A stretch of DNA of 64,000 nucleotides from Felis catus (taxonomy: Eukaryota), in contig NC_058368.1 in NCBI RefSeq assembly GCF_018350175.1, forward strand, positions 228,968,001 to 229,032,000. The letters are read 5' to 3'. Each line of letters opens with the position of its first letter. Within the stretch, counting starts at the first letter, position 1. Position numbers and translations under genes: made by a program. The notes under the pieces are model-generated. The model searched no databases. It saw only the letters and a list, made by a program, of their open reading frames with translations, and was not told the DNA's origin. Shown piece by piece: positions 24,262-37,545 of the stretch.

Positions 24262-26081
24262 TAGCTGTGAGGTAGTCCTTTCAGATGTTAAATTCTGATA
24301 ATGCATGCAAAGAAGACAAGTAGCCAACTATTTACTGGTCTGTGGAGACCTTTCAAGGGATTTAGGACAACAAGAAAAACTTCATTTCTCAAGAAGTGTT
24401 ACGATTCTTCTAGTGACAAAACCATTTTCCCTCTCACCGAGTTGGTCATGAATAGGCATACACTACAAATCTGGCGTGGACAGGCAACGTTTGCTAGACA
24501 TTTGAGGGAAAGTTGTATTTACTCTCAGGAAAGACATTTGGGAAGCCAGACATTAGTTTCCTGCTGGATGAGACGGCGAGGCTGTATGTGAGGTGAATTT
24601 ACCTTAGAATAATGTAGAATTCCAGTAATGTATAGATATAGTCATAGATCCTAAGTTATGACATTCCAAAGCTATTAGTAATGGCAAAATTGTGAAGGCT
24701 AATTCTTAAAGTGAGTTTAACAACCACTCACTTACGAAGTAACTGACTCAATTTAGCTCAAATTCTGCCTAGGCTGATAAGTATATTTCCAACATCTTCA
24801 CATAGAGTTCCTTATATTGTTCTCCAAATGTTATTGTTTTTTTACTAGAAAACAGATAGTCTTACCTAAAGAATGTATTAAAAAATTGGAGGTGCAGTGC
24901 GAAAGTAAGTGAAAATCCAGGGAATATTTTTACTTCGCAGGGTCCCGTAGCTGGTATTTGTTTCCTTGCTATCTTCATGATGATACTTACCTAAGTCATC
25001 AACTCTTCCCACAAGGAAAACAAATTTTCTCAAGACGTTTACAAGGTCAATAGCACTAATATAGATATAGAGCGTATTTATATTTTTACTTTATTTGCAC
25101 AAAATAGTTTTTATCTCAATGACTGACCATGATCTACTCTCACCTGCCAGCAATAGTGGAAAAGTATTCTGGATATGTGTTCTGTGTCTTATAGTTCTTA
25201 TATTTCAGGGGTGTTTTGAAGTGAATAGTGATTGTTAAATTTTCATTAAATGTCACACAAGTTCAAACAATTCCATCCTATCATTTCAGCTTTGTTTTAA
25301 TTTTAAATATTTCTCTTAGTAAAAGTCACTAATATAATAAATGCAGAATTAGTCATGATGTAAAAACATGAAATGGAATTTTGTGCATCATTAAGATGCT
25401 TTTTGGTCATGATAGATTTCATCATAAATAGAAAATCATTCATCTGTATAAATGTTTTCCCTGTTTATTGTAGGGTTGTAGAGTTTTGGAGACAAATTAA
25501 GGGTCTAGCACTTAATTATTTAACTGTATTATAATACAAACTAGCATTGCAAAATCATGTAGCCATTAAGTAGAAAAAATTTAATCCATATTTATTGTCA
25601 TGGAATTCTAGGTCATATTGTTGAATAAAAACTCAAATCATATTAATAAACAATATGATAATAAAATATGTAAATATATGTATAGAAATACGTGTATTAT
25701 AATATAAATATATTTTATTACCATGTATAAGTTCATGGATTATTGTTAAAGGTGCTTACTTCAGATGATGAAATATTATTTGTTTTTCACTTTTACCTCT
25801 ATAATTTTTTATACATAGGTATGATTTTAAAAACTTTGTTCTGTTTTAAAATTTATTTTTCCTAAACAAAGGTTCTTATTTTTCCTCCCCTCACAGATCT
25901 CTTTCAAGATCTAATAAAAGTACATAGCTTTTTCCTTAGAGAATGCTTTAAAATATCGCAGTAGCTAAGAAAGTAGTCATAATTGCCAGCACCAATGATT
26001 TCTGATGTAAAAATAAATATGTCATGCTATCTAATGGACGACCTCTATCATTACAGCAGCAACACCAGAGTCATTAATGTG

Positions 26082-26400
26082 TTCATTTATTTATTCCAGA
26101 AAATTAACTGAGGGATGGATTTGTATCAGACACCATTCTCATAAGAATTAATGATAGTGACAGACAAGGTGAGGTCCATAACCTTATGAAACATTCTATA
26201 CTAGGGTAAACAATACAAGTAAGTAAATAGAAGCATATTGTACTGCAGGGCTCTGGCAAGTGGTATGAGTGCTAAATAAATCTGGGTGATAAGTAATTGA
26301 GAAAATAAGAGATTGAGAGTGATGGAAGAATTTTTTGGAGAAGTTAGTCAAAAAAGGAATTGTGATTATGTGAAAATTGAGTGAAGACCTATATGAAGTA
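26082..26400 (-). mobile_element. L2 3' fragment
   Basis: ttcatttatttattcca...ctgag...tgtatcagacaccattct, the reverse of the L2 terminus. Confidence 0.55.
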
Positions 26401-26675
26401 ATTGATTTGCATCAATATGTAAATCTGTAAATATTCTAAGTCATGCTTTTGAGTTTTTGCTCTTTTTATGTACAGCACCATCATGAAAAGAAAAATTTCT
26501 GTTTGACTCCTGGATATGGTACGATCTGATGTTTTGCTCACAATGACAAATATTTTATTTTATAAAATAAAAACCTTCCTATAGGAAAAAAAAATCTACG
26601 CATTTCATGAAGGGATCAAATGTCTACAGCACTGAGTCACATGTCTCTTCTGATCTGCTCATTTATGACTGGTCC

Positions 26676-26683
26676 TTTTCTTT

Positions 26684-26717
<34 letters not shown>
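26676..26717. repeat. Poly(T) tract
   Basis: Directly visible. Confidence 0.9.
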
Positions 26718-26719
<2 letters not shown>

Positions 26720-27094
26720 TTTTTGTCCCACCCAGTGTATCATGATGCCTGCGGGGTGGAAAAAAAATCTGTCCATTGGTCATTTCTGTTATTTAAAAAT
26801 GTTATATCTTTTTTCTTTAGAGAACAGTAGCTTTTTAAAGTATCCTTTTAGTGCCAATTACTCCAGACTTGGAAAACTATTTGCTACTGACTCATAAATT
26901 TCTCTCCGTTAGTACTCTCACAATCATTTTTGATGAATTGTTAGGTCAACATGTAAATCTGTCCAACACCTGTTTCTATTCCTTGACCTCCTTCCTCATT
27001 TTCTGGTGATGTTTCATCATTACATATCAACCATTCGCCTCTCTGGGTCTAACATATCACCTTCAAAATCTTGACATCAAAGTCATACTTTCTT

Positions 27095-27296
27095 GGGGAG
27101 CCTGGATGGCTAAGTCAGTGAAGCTCAGGTTATGATCTTGAGGCTCCTGAGTTCGAGCCCTGCTTAGGGCTCTGTGCTGACAGCTCCCAGCCCGGATCCT
27201 GCTTCCAATTCTGTGTCTCCCTCTCTCTCTGCCCCTCCCCTGCTTGTGCTCTGTCTCTGTCTCTCTCTCAAAAATAAATAAACACTGAAAAAAAAT
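27095..27296 (+). mobile_element. Can-SINE
   Basis: 18-bp TSD tcaaagtca(t/c)actttctt. Confidence 0.96.
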
Positions 27297-27347
27297 TCAA
27301 AGTCACACTTTCTTAAAATTATTCTCTATCTTTCCAAATAAATTCAT

Positions 27348-27420
27348 CCAGAGCAACTTCAGCATCCATCAGGATTATTCAGAGGGTTTGTTCAAACAGA
27401 TTGCTAGGGCCTGCTTCCAG
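27348..27420. mobile_element. MER5A half-element
   Basis: catcaggattattcagagggtttgttcaaacagattgctagggcc. Confidence 0.65.
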
Positions 27421-27539
27421 AATCTGAAGTAGGCTCTAGGCCCTGAGCTGCCAGCACAGAGCCAGAAGTGAGGCTGGAACTCGTGAACCATAAGATCATG
27501 ACCTGAGCCTCTTAGCAGACTGAGCCACACAGGCGCCCC
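27418..27539 (-). mobile_element. Can-SINE lacking its (CT)n/poly(A) tail
   Basis: cagaatctgaagtaggctctagg ... gagccacacaggcgcccc. Confidence 0.9.
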
Positions 27540-29449
27540 AACCTAATTCCAATCTAAATGCAAATATCTATCTGGTCTGTGCCTCTCCCAAGCAACATAA
27601 AATGACAGGTTGTCTAACTTCCATTCATATTTTTCTCATCAGCTTCATATCCCACTTTCTAAAATGTTCACTCTTTTCCATTTCTCAACTCCTTTTAAGA
27701 GTTATTAGTTGCTCTTGGAAAAATAAAATAAGATTGCCATAGCTTTGAAACTCAAATACATCATAGTTACCAAGGAGAATGTCAATGATAAACAAATGAG
27801 CACGTAGACCTAAAACCCATGGAGCCTCTGAGTAAAAAGATTGAGGCAACATGGACACAAAAGTCATAGAGATTTTCTTACTGAAAAGATATGATTAGAT
27901 ATTCCTGGGCATAATCTAAAACTTTCAAAATCTGGAAGAATGTTTCAAATCAGGACAAATCAGGAATCCAGACCCTGGATTTCTAAATTAAATTTGATTC
28001 TACAAAGTATTAATATTCAATTAATTATTTTAAGAAATTTAAATTATACCAGTAATATTCAATCATTTAAAAATTCTGATGTGTATAAGGGATCAGCAAG
28101 GTTTTAGAAAGAATTGGAATCCTGGAAATTAAACCATGTGGACCACTAGTTCATTCTTAGTTTGTCCTGAAAGATTTTCTGAAAATTTTAAATTCATATA
28201 CTTTTACACGAAAATGATATACTTAGATCTCTCAAGATGCTAATATGTCATTCTGATGGATACCAGATTTGAGGCTCTGAAAATAATCTTGAAATCCTAT
28301 AGTTAATAGCTACTGGCACAAAGAAAGTTATTCAAATACAAATTTTATTTCAACTATCGCTTCAAAACTCGTATGAATGCATTTTTTTTCTTTATGGCTA
28401 CTGGGTATCTCAGTGCAGAAAACGAAGTTGTGCATTGATTTTGCCCTTGCTCAGTCTTATTTTTTACAGCATACTGAAATCATGTATTATCAAAGGTCAC
28501 AATTTACATTTTTCCAGAAAGAAATGAAGATCAGGGAGAAAATTATTGATAATTGACTATTGAATTTACATAATAGTATACAGTTTGACACATAGGCATA
28601 AATGCATACATTCTCCAAACAGTGACTTTTATTACTTTATTTATTTCTGCTGTGTCAATACATAAATGAGTGTTCTCTACCTCACAGCTCACAAAAAACA
28701 AGAAAACAAAACCCTTTATCTTCTAATTTTCTCTATGAAGAGAGGTCAAAATAGTTTTACTTAAGTACTTATCACCATCATACCAAACATTGCATACTGA
28801 GGATTTAATAAATTCTAAAGTTTTGATAAACACAATATAATCCTGTCATTAGGCAAAAGATTTTTCCCCAAAACTTGGTTTTACTTTTTGTCTGAGAATA
28901 TTTGCCATTACTTTCCATCACATTTTATGCACTTCTCAGGATAACTGTGACTTTTCGGTTTTTACAAAGGAAAGAACAACTTTGAATAATAGCCCCATAA
29001 TTTTCTTCTCTTCCTCTTCTTTAGCTGCTAAACTGAATGCTTATAGTGAAAATCATCATTTAACCCGTCTTAGGAAAGTTCAATAAATTAATGAGAGAGA
29101 AACTTTGGATGTTATGCAAAAATCTTAGGCTGCTTCTGTAAAATGTACTTTCATTAAAACTAGACCATAGTCCTAAGGTCACTTTTCCAGTAAAATTCAT
29201 TTTCAAAGATTCATAGTATATTCATATTTTTTCCTGTTTCATCAATATCTCTTTAGCAGCAGGATTAGCTGTCCAACAACTATAAATTTGAATTTGGTCA
29301 TCTTTTAATCCTGCTTGTTTTTACAGTACATGATTACTTAAGTAAAGTTTGGTGATTAATAATTATTTCATTGAGTTTAAGATCTCACATAATGTAAAGT
29401 TCATCACTATCTGAAAACAACTACTTTCAACTAAACTTACATACAATCT

Positions 29450-29673
29450 GGGGTGCTTGGGTGGCTCAGTCAGTTGAGGATCCAACTCTTGATTTTGGCT
29501 CAGGTCACGATCTCAGAGTTGTGGGGTCAGGCTCCGTGCTGACTGTGGAGCCTGCTTGTTGGGATTCTCAATCTCTCTCTCTCTCCCTCTCTTTCTTTCT
29601 CTCTTCCTCTCTCTCCCTCTCCCCTGCTCATACTCTCTCTCTTTCCTTCTCTAAAATAAAAAAATTTTAAAAA
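29450..29673 (+). mobile_element. Can-SINE (older type)
   Basis: ggggtgcttgggtggctcagtcagttgag head, long CT tract. Confidence 0.94.
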
Positions 29674-32030
29674 CCACATACATATGATATCAGAAATGTT
29701 AACATGAAATATGGCTCATGCAGCTCTTAAACAATGGCATACTTACAATTAATTCGCACAACAACCGTCCACTTTTCTAAAAACACAATACATAGTAACA
29801 AATGCAAATTTAACAAAATTTTTAAAATTCCAATAACTTGAAATAAAGAAAAGAACCCTCATTAAATATACCTGTGGAAATTACCTGAAAGAAGAAAACA
29901 TACTTTCTAGAACTTTGGCAAACTTGGAGAAGGTAATGTTTAGTATACATATTATGAGATTTCCATATGAAAACCTCAATTGATCTTCCATTTTAAGTCT
30001 GTGAACTGCATAGTGACACAAATACCGAATACGTTACAGACTTGGCTAGATCTACAGTGCATCGTCAACAGTGGACCCTGAACTTAGACTCTGAAATTAG
30101 ACCCCCGGCAAGCCAGCTGAGAAGGTACCTACCTAGTTTCACAGCCTGTTATTTGCCAAGCCAAAAAAGTGCCCATATAAAAAAGAAACAGTCCCTGTCT
30201 TAAAGAAATGTAAATTATGATAGGAACATTGAAAATAGAGCAAATAGATGCAGACAAACAACTTCCGCAGTGATCTGGGTGTTTGTAGATTGAGTAGGCA
30301 TATGGCACCCATAGGTGCAAACTCAAGGACCGTGTGCAAGAACAGACATTTTAGGAGGTATTGATGTGTTTGTGTGTAATGAGGTAATATGCTGAATGGG
30401 ACAAGGAAGCGAGTTACATAGTACAGTTTGGAGAGGTACGGGCAGGATTAGAAGGTTGGTGCAATGTGAACGAACTGGGGTTTTTATCTGTGAGTAGTAA
30501 TAATAAGGTTTTTTTTCTTTAATGTGCATGATAAGCATTTCTTTCTGAGTTTAATTGAAACCTCCCATCATTGCAATTGATATCTGGTTCAGTTAGACCA
30601 AGAAACAACAGTTCTGTCTTCTAAACTTCTAACACACAACGGGAGAGCTATTCCAAGCAACTTAATAAAGGTCCTTTCATATATATGGTGCTTGAATGTT
30701 AGAAAAAGTACACTTATAAGACATAAGACAATAACACTTGCCATTCGCTGTGACTTACTTCCATTAAACCATTTCATTTAATTGGTTTGGAATATTATTC
30801 TTCAGTGTTTTTCATCTTCCCCACAGTCATCTGAAAATAAATGGAAGGAGTGCATTTTTTTTTTTTTGTTCTTGTTATCAGCATTCAGAATCAAGAGTTT
30901 AAATAATCTTGGGTAGCAGGGGAGATTTACAGTAAGTAATAAGCTGGGCCTGTACCAGGAAAACATTGTAACTAAAACATCCCTTGCTATCTTGATAGAT
31001 TAATAGGTCTATTCCCATTTCCCATTCTGCATAATAAATTGAAGTTTCACAATGAATTTGTATAGTGACAATTTCAAACTTGGCATTTTGGGAGAACATA
31101 TGCTTGTAAAGGGGTTTGGCTCAAAGTCAAATGTAAGCTTTTCTGAGTTATTAGAGCCCAGGGATCTGGTTCTAACACACAAAGTGCTTATGGGAAAAAC
31201 ATTTAAAATAAACACCCCGAGAACAGTGGGAAGGTTAAATGAATCTCCTCCGGTGACCCATCCCAGGGGCATATCAGTCACCGCGCTGTGGAACATGCAG
31301 AGCATCAAAGGGAAACTATGGAGCTATAAAGAGACAAAGAAAAACAGCACTTTCCAAAACTCTACATGAAGAGTTTGGAGATGAAGTCCAACATGAAGTC
31401 CAAACCACTCACAGTATCAAAACCACTTGTGCATGAAGTGTTAAATTATACACTTTTACAAGTGTTATGATGTGTAAAAAGTATCGATTTTGTACATTTG
31501 TTCATTGCCAAGTAAAAGCAGGCTAATATTTTTTACAGGTTAAGATTTCTAATTGATATACATTTTGTAGTTAAATATCACCTTCTCATAGACTACCAGT
31601 AGATATGAGCTATTTTATAAATGTATCTTAGTCATAAATGTTGAGAATTATAACATTAAAACTATTTTATACAGACATTTTAATTACATACACAGTAATT
31701 ACTAACTTCACTTGGTACTAATTTCTCTGATTATTAGGCCATCATCATTACTAATTGGAAAAAGTCCCACCTTTGTTAGGAGGAAAGATTACTTGAAAGA
31801 AGTTAAAGAATCATTTAACTCACTGGCCAAAAGTCATTCATTTAAAAGGCATTAATTAAGTATTGTTCAAATCATTGGAATAAAGAAGAAAAGGAAACAC
31901 TAGCGAATATATATTTAAATTCTTAGAAAGGGTATAGAGACAGAGGTTGACTATTCAAACTTGAAACTCTTATGGGTATTCAACTGAATATATGAGTTGT
32001 ACCAAATACAGACTTAAAGATATCATACTT

Positions 32031-32250
32031 GGGGCGCCTGGGTGGTGCAGTCGGTTAAGCGTCCGACTTCAGCCAGGTCACGATCCCGCGGTCCATGAGT
32101 TTGAGCCCCGCGTCGGGCTCTGGGCTGATGGCTCGGAGCCTGGAGCCTGTTTCCGATTCTGTGTCTCCCTCTCTCTCTGCCCCTCTCCCGTTCATGCTCT
32201 GTCTCTCTCTGTCCCAAAAATAAATAAATGTTGAAAAAAAATTAAAAAAA
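32031..32250 (+). mobile_element. Young felid Can-SINE (SINEC_Fc-like)
   Basis: Perfect 15-bp TSD aaagatatcatactt; cagccaggtcacgatc variant. Confidence 0.97.
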
Positions 32251-32839
32251 AAAGATATCATACTTTGTGATAATTATGAATGTTAAAGAGTGTTGAGAAT
32301 TGCTGTTTTGTATGAGGTCATACTGAAAGAGAAAAGTTTAAAATTGTATGGAAGATGGTGATGTTGAAGTCTCTTCCTGCTTCAGCTGTAGGAAAATGGG
32401 AAATTTTTCCCTCCAAAGATTGCAGAGGATTTGAGTATGATTTTTGAAGGTAGACTAATCTAATTTGACCAAGAAAAAAATGCCTGTGAACCTACAGGCA
32501 TATGAATTATCTGAAAACTCAGACTCTTAAATCGGTGAACACTCACTATCACATTACACAAACCATTTCTCAAAGAAAGCAACAGGTATGCGTTCTTTTG
32601 ATACAGAACCCGGAAAAGACCCTTAGTTAAATAACAGGTGAAGTATAAAATGACGACTATTGGGGAACTTGAACAAAATATAACATGTGCTATTGTGTCC
32701 TAATTCCATCTATGTTTGCCATATTTTCTTATTGTAAGCGCTCTACTAAATAGGTATTGCTATCATTTTGATGCAGAACCCCACAAAGGTCAGTAACTTG
32801 ACAGATTGTCCTTATATTCTAACGTCCTACGATAGTTTT

Positions 32840-33732
32840 AAAGCATGCCTGTAAATTATTTGATACTCTTCCCACTGAAAATCCCCTACTCTGAAATCTG
32901 GTTGGATTTGAAACCAATATAGCCAAGAGAATATAGGTAAAATAACACAAGGAGATTTCCAAGCCCAGGTCCAAAGAGACTATTCTGCTTTAGCCCAATT
33001 TATTTGGATAGTTGATCCAGAAGAAGCCAATTGCCATGTCAGAAGCCTGACTCTCCGTTCCTAGAGTCCACATGGAACTTCTCTGACCGAATCTCCCAGA
33101 GGACAGCCAGCATCAATGCCAGCATGTAAGTCACCTTGAGTATCCGGTCCACCTGACTTGCAGATGACTGCAGACAGCTGACATTTGACTGCACCACATT
33201 AGACACTCAGATGAATGAGAATTGCCCAGACAAGCTCTTTCCTTATTCCTGACTGGTGTAGGCAGAATTCTAAATTGGCTTCCAGGTACATCCAGCCTGG
33301 AGCTGGATATACACACCCAGTATATTCCCCTCTTCTTGAGTGTGGGCAAGAGTTGTGAATACAACAGGATATTCAGTCCCTTGATCATGCCATGTTCCTT
33401 GAGGCAAAGATAATGAGATAGTCACTCTTGTGTTTGTATTTATAAGATTCTGTGGTAGGATACCAGAGAGACATTTCTTACGCTGGCTTAGAAGATGCAG
33501 GCTGTCTTGTCTAATCCCTGAGCAGAAAGCCCAGCTCTGCATGGCCAGACTCCTAACCCACAAGACCTTCATGATAATAAATGGCTATTGTTTTAAGCTC
33601 CTAAGTTTCTGGTGACTGGACAAGTAATAAAAAATGAATGGCACGGCCCCACAAAATATTATGAAAAAAGTAAACCAGTTGTTTTAGGATGCTTCAATTT
33701 TGTAGTTTGTGGCAACCATTAGTAAACAGACA
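32840..33732 (+). mobile_element. Old MLT1G/H-like MaLR LTR, split by a second LTR
   Basis: aattatttgatactcttccca, acagccagcatcaatgccag, cagatgactgcag; terminal ttgttttagg...tagtttgt...tagtaaacagaca. Confidence 0.6.
33257..33642 (+). mobile_element. MLT1E-like MaLR LTR (internally deleted), nested
   Basis: tgtaggcagaattctaa start, cccctcttcttgagtgtgggca, ataataaatggctattgttttaagctcctaagttt end. Confidence 0.7.
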
Positions 33733-34322
33733 GAATTGGGGATAATTCATTATGTAACAAATTCGTCATGTTCCCTTCTGTTTGACCTTTCATTTACTGA
33801 GAAAAGTAGAACATAGGTCATTTGCCAGAGTCTACAACACTAAGGGATAAAGGATAACTCAGAGCATTATTGTAAGATTCAGACTGATTCAGGGAAATAT
33901 ACCACAAAGGTTAAGACAAGAGTCACGTTTGTCTATGTATTTGTCTATATATTTGCCTTGGAAATTCTTAAAAATATCTTCTGCGAGTTTATGAGAAGGC
34001 ACTGAGTCCCTTAACTCAGTTCCATTAACTGCAAAATGTCTCCTGACTTCTCTCCACACTAAGCCAGTCTCTATAAGATATGGAGGTCCTATAGTTTACC
34101 AAAACGAGAGCAGGTTCCCATTTCTGACATACTCTTATCACCACCCCCCGCCCCTTGCAGGGGACCCAGTGGGCTACTTCCAGAACTTCTGTGGTCAAAG
34201 CAAACTTGTTTTCATCGTCACTATCCACAAAGTGTATTTGTTTATCAAGCAAAATTTCATCAGGCTTTAAGCAATTATCTATTCAAAAAATGGGGTGATT
34301 AATAATACATGAGTCTCATGAG

Positions 34323-34356
34323 TTTTTTTTAATGTTTTTAATGTTTATTCGTTTTT

Positions 34357-34407
<51 letters not shown>

Positions 34408-34549
34408 CAAGGGGAAGAAAGAGACAGAGAATCTGAAGCAGGTTCCACTGTCAGTGCAAATCCCGACACAGGGCTCGAAGCCACTAACCGTGAGATCATG
34501 ACCTGAGTCAAAGTCAGACACTCAACTGACTGAGCCACCCAGGTGCCCC
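34323..34549 (-). mobile_element. Can-SINE
   Basis: (GA)n tract and gagccacccaggtgcccc. Confidence 0.95.
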
Positions 34550-34635
34550 ATCTCAGTGGTTTAAATAGATGTGGTTTTAGAGTATTTAAAATGATAGTTG
34601 AATTGAATTAACATATCAGCTTGTTCTTACCACAT

Positions 34636-34709
34636 TTGCTTCCTATAGCAGTTGTAACAAATGATCACAAACTGGATGGCTTAAAACAAAAGAAATTTAT
34701 CCTCTTACA
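34636..34709 (-). mobile_element. MLT1C/D-like LTR terminal fragment
   Basis: ttcctatagcagttgtaacaaatgatcacaaactggatggcttaaaacaaaagaaatttatcctcttaca. Confidence 0.7.
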
Positions 34710-34931
34710 TTTTTTTTTATGTAAATAATTTCTTGTCAAGTTGGCTAACATACAGTGTATATACAGTGTGCTCTTGGTTTGGGGGGTAGATTCCCGTGAT
34801 TCATTGCTTACATACAACTCCCAGTGCTCATCCAAACAAGTGTCCTCCTCAATGCCCATCACACATCCCCCCCACCAACCCTCAGTTTGTTCTCTGTATT
34901 TGAGAGTCTCTTATCGTTTGCCTCCCTCTCT
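34710..34931 (-). mobile_element. Felid/carnivore L1 3' UTR fragment
   Basis: Reverse complement closely resembles 18615-18840; poly(T) at left. Confidence 0.92.
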
Positions 34932-35026
34932 AGTAGATATATTGACATGACATTAAGATTTCCTACTTTGTGCACTTTGTCTTAGAATTATGAGGGCTTA
35001 AAATATTTGAAAATATGGACAGCACA

Positions 35027-35238
35027 GGGGCGCTTGGGTGGCTCAGTCTGTTAAGTGTCAGACCCTTGGTTTTGGGTCAGGTCATGATCTCACAGTTTGG
35101 TGAATTCCAGCCCCGCGTTGGGCTCTGCACTGACGGCATGGAGCCTGCTTGTGATTGTCCCTCTCTCCCTCTCTCTGCCCCTCCCTCACTCCTGCCGTCT
35201 GTCTCTCTCAAAATAAATAAATAAACTTAAAAATAAAA
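35027..35238 (+). mobile_element. Can-SINE
   Basis: 14-bp TSD gaaaatatggacag. Confidence 0.96.
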
Positions 35239-36758
35239 GAAAATATGGACAGTATGATACATGAGATCCCTGGGTAAGTCTTATCTTTCTTATTGTGGAG
35301 CTTTGCTGAGTCAAACCACTCTTTCCGAGCCAGATGGAGGGAAATAACAGTGCACATTGAATTCTAACAATGCACTACGTGGACAAGTCCCTGCACCGAG
35401 AGCATTTCATGCACCGAGAACTTCAGCACATGCTGGTTAGTGTTAGTTCTTTTGTTAGAATCACTTCGGCTTGTCTGAGGAAGCACTGGCAAATATATAG
35501 TCTAGTGTTCCATAAATAACTCCGGATATGAACTGTTTTATTCCAAAGGAAAGGGATGCTAGTTGATGTCTGGTTATTTAAAGCAGAAATGCACAAATAT
35601 ATCATTTAAGATGACTGGGATGTTCATTTGCATGGCCATAATATTTGAGAGGAAAATATCCTCCTACCCATGGACACACAAACATACATACAAAAACACA
35701 GTACGCAGATCACCTGTTCAGGTCTTTGCCAAATTTACGTTATTGTTAATCTCCCAGGGCATTGTTTTCATGGTGTCAAAGTTTACCTTGACTTTACAGT
35801 TTTAACAGGTGTTCCTTCTGCCACCTTACATTTTTATTATTTGAATGCTGTGATTATAATGGTTTTTGAAGCATTTTTCCCTATGAAATCTGTGATGTAA
35901 AAGTAAATTTTATTTACTTCAATTGCATTCTCTTTTTCTATTAACATTTCAAGCTGTTAAATCTCTGATAGAGCTCGTCAACTTTTAAAACCCACAAAAG
36001 CAGTACTTAAAAAACATAGCTTTTCCTTTCCAAACCACTGCTATGGTATATGAATGAACCGAACTCATTTTCAGATAATTGAACTTTAAATGTTAGATGG
36101 AACCATCATTTTTTTTCTCCCTAGAGGGAAATGAATTTTTTTTCTTTTTCTTCTTTTGTAATGATTACTGCCCCATCTTTGCACAATTAATGAGGTTTTA
36201 CTCTGTGTAGTTCTTATATGTATTGATTTAAAAATCTTTAATTGCTTCCTCTCAAGAACGACTGAGGAGAAATTGCTTTTCTCTTTCTTCCATGTTTTCT
36301 TGCCCTATGTCAGTCCTGAATAACAATCCCATACGAGAAGGGTCATTCCAAAATACACTATATATTAAAAATTGTGGCATTTTGTCAATATAGATTGCCT
36401 CCCCGCTAATATAGAAACTATGCAGTATGATGAGCTTAAGCACAAAGCCAGGATTCAGGATCAGATATGCAACTAGTTCTCCTCACCTTCCGATAAGAAA
36501 ATCTTGCCCGCTCCTATAGAATGCGTTTTTCATCCTTGCTATTTAGATGTGGCTCTTGTTGTTCTTGTTTTTAGTAATAAGAACATAAATATCTTATGGA
36601 TTTATTATAAAATAGGGAAAATCAAATTTTATTAATATATTTTTACTTTTGTGTTCCACTTATTTGGCAGCCTAGAGGTAGGGGGCAGAAACTAAATACT
36701 ATGGTTTCTTTTGAGTGTGTTAGAAGAAGAAAAAATACCACCTTCCCTTTAAAGTCTT

Positions 36759-36975
36759 GGTGCATCTGAGTGGCTTTGTCAGTTAAGTATCCAGTTCTTG
36801 ATTTCAGTTCAGGTCATGATCATGGTTTGTGAGTTTGAGCCCAACGTCAGGCTCTGTGCTGACCGTGTGGAGCCTGCTTGGGATTCTCTCTCTCTTTCTC
36901 TCTCCCTCTCTGTTCCTCCCCCACTTGTGCTCTCTCTCTCTCTCTCCCTCAGAATAAATAAACAGACTTAAAAAA
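36759..36975 (+). mobile_element. Can-SINE
   Basis: Degenerate head, body, CT tract and tail. Confidence 0.92.
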
Positions 36976-37189
36976 TTGTCTTGATCATATATTTTCCTCT
37001 TCATCCTGTGTCATGATTTTGCATTCACCTTCATTAGCATTGGAAAGGCTTCAACCTATGGTTTAACTAAGCATACTGCCACCTGAAGAGGTCAAGGAAT
37101 TGTAGTGGTCATAAATCTTTCCCTTCTCTTCACTTTTGTTTTTATGTTAACAAATTAACTAAATTGTGCAGGAAGGTCCTCACAATTTT

Positions 37190-37201
37190 TTTCTTTCTTT
37201 C

Positions 37202-37247
<46 letters not shown>

Positions 37248-37267
37248 TTTCTTTCTTTCTTTCTTTC
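37190..37267. repeat. (TTTC)n tetranucleotide microsatellite
   Basis: Directly visible. Confidence 0.95.
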
Positions 37268-37289
37268 ATCATTTTGGAAAGAAAAGTAT

Positions 37290-37545
37290 GTCGCTGATGA
37301 GCAATTGTTTTCCCACTATTGGGGCTACTATAAATAAAGCTGCTGTGAATATTTATTGCGGACGTATGTGTAAGTTTGCTAGGTACATTCGCAAAGCAGC
37401 AATTACTGGAGTATTGTTATTGGTATTCATATTTTTAGCTGTTTTAGGAAGTGCCAAGTTCTTTTCCATACTGGGTAACCATTCCCACTCTGCCCCACCT
37501 CCCATCAACAATGGGTGAGAGTTTTAGTTGCTCTGTATCCTCATT
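37290..37545 (-). mobile_element. Old L1 ORF2 C-terminal fragment
   Basis: ggctactataaataaagctgctgtgaatatt and cccatcaacaatgggtgagagttttagttgctctgtatcctc. Confidence 0.7.

Noticed and set aside
25873..25918. Strong acceptor followed by AATAAA
   Set aside because: Common by chance in AT-rich DNA, with no other support.
31381..31403. Short tandem duplications (atgaagtccaa x2; also 12670, 40609, 60848)
   Set aside because: Ordinary slippage duplications, with no array or spacer structure.
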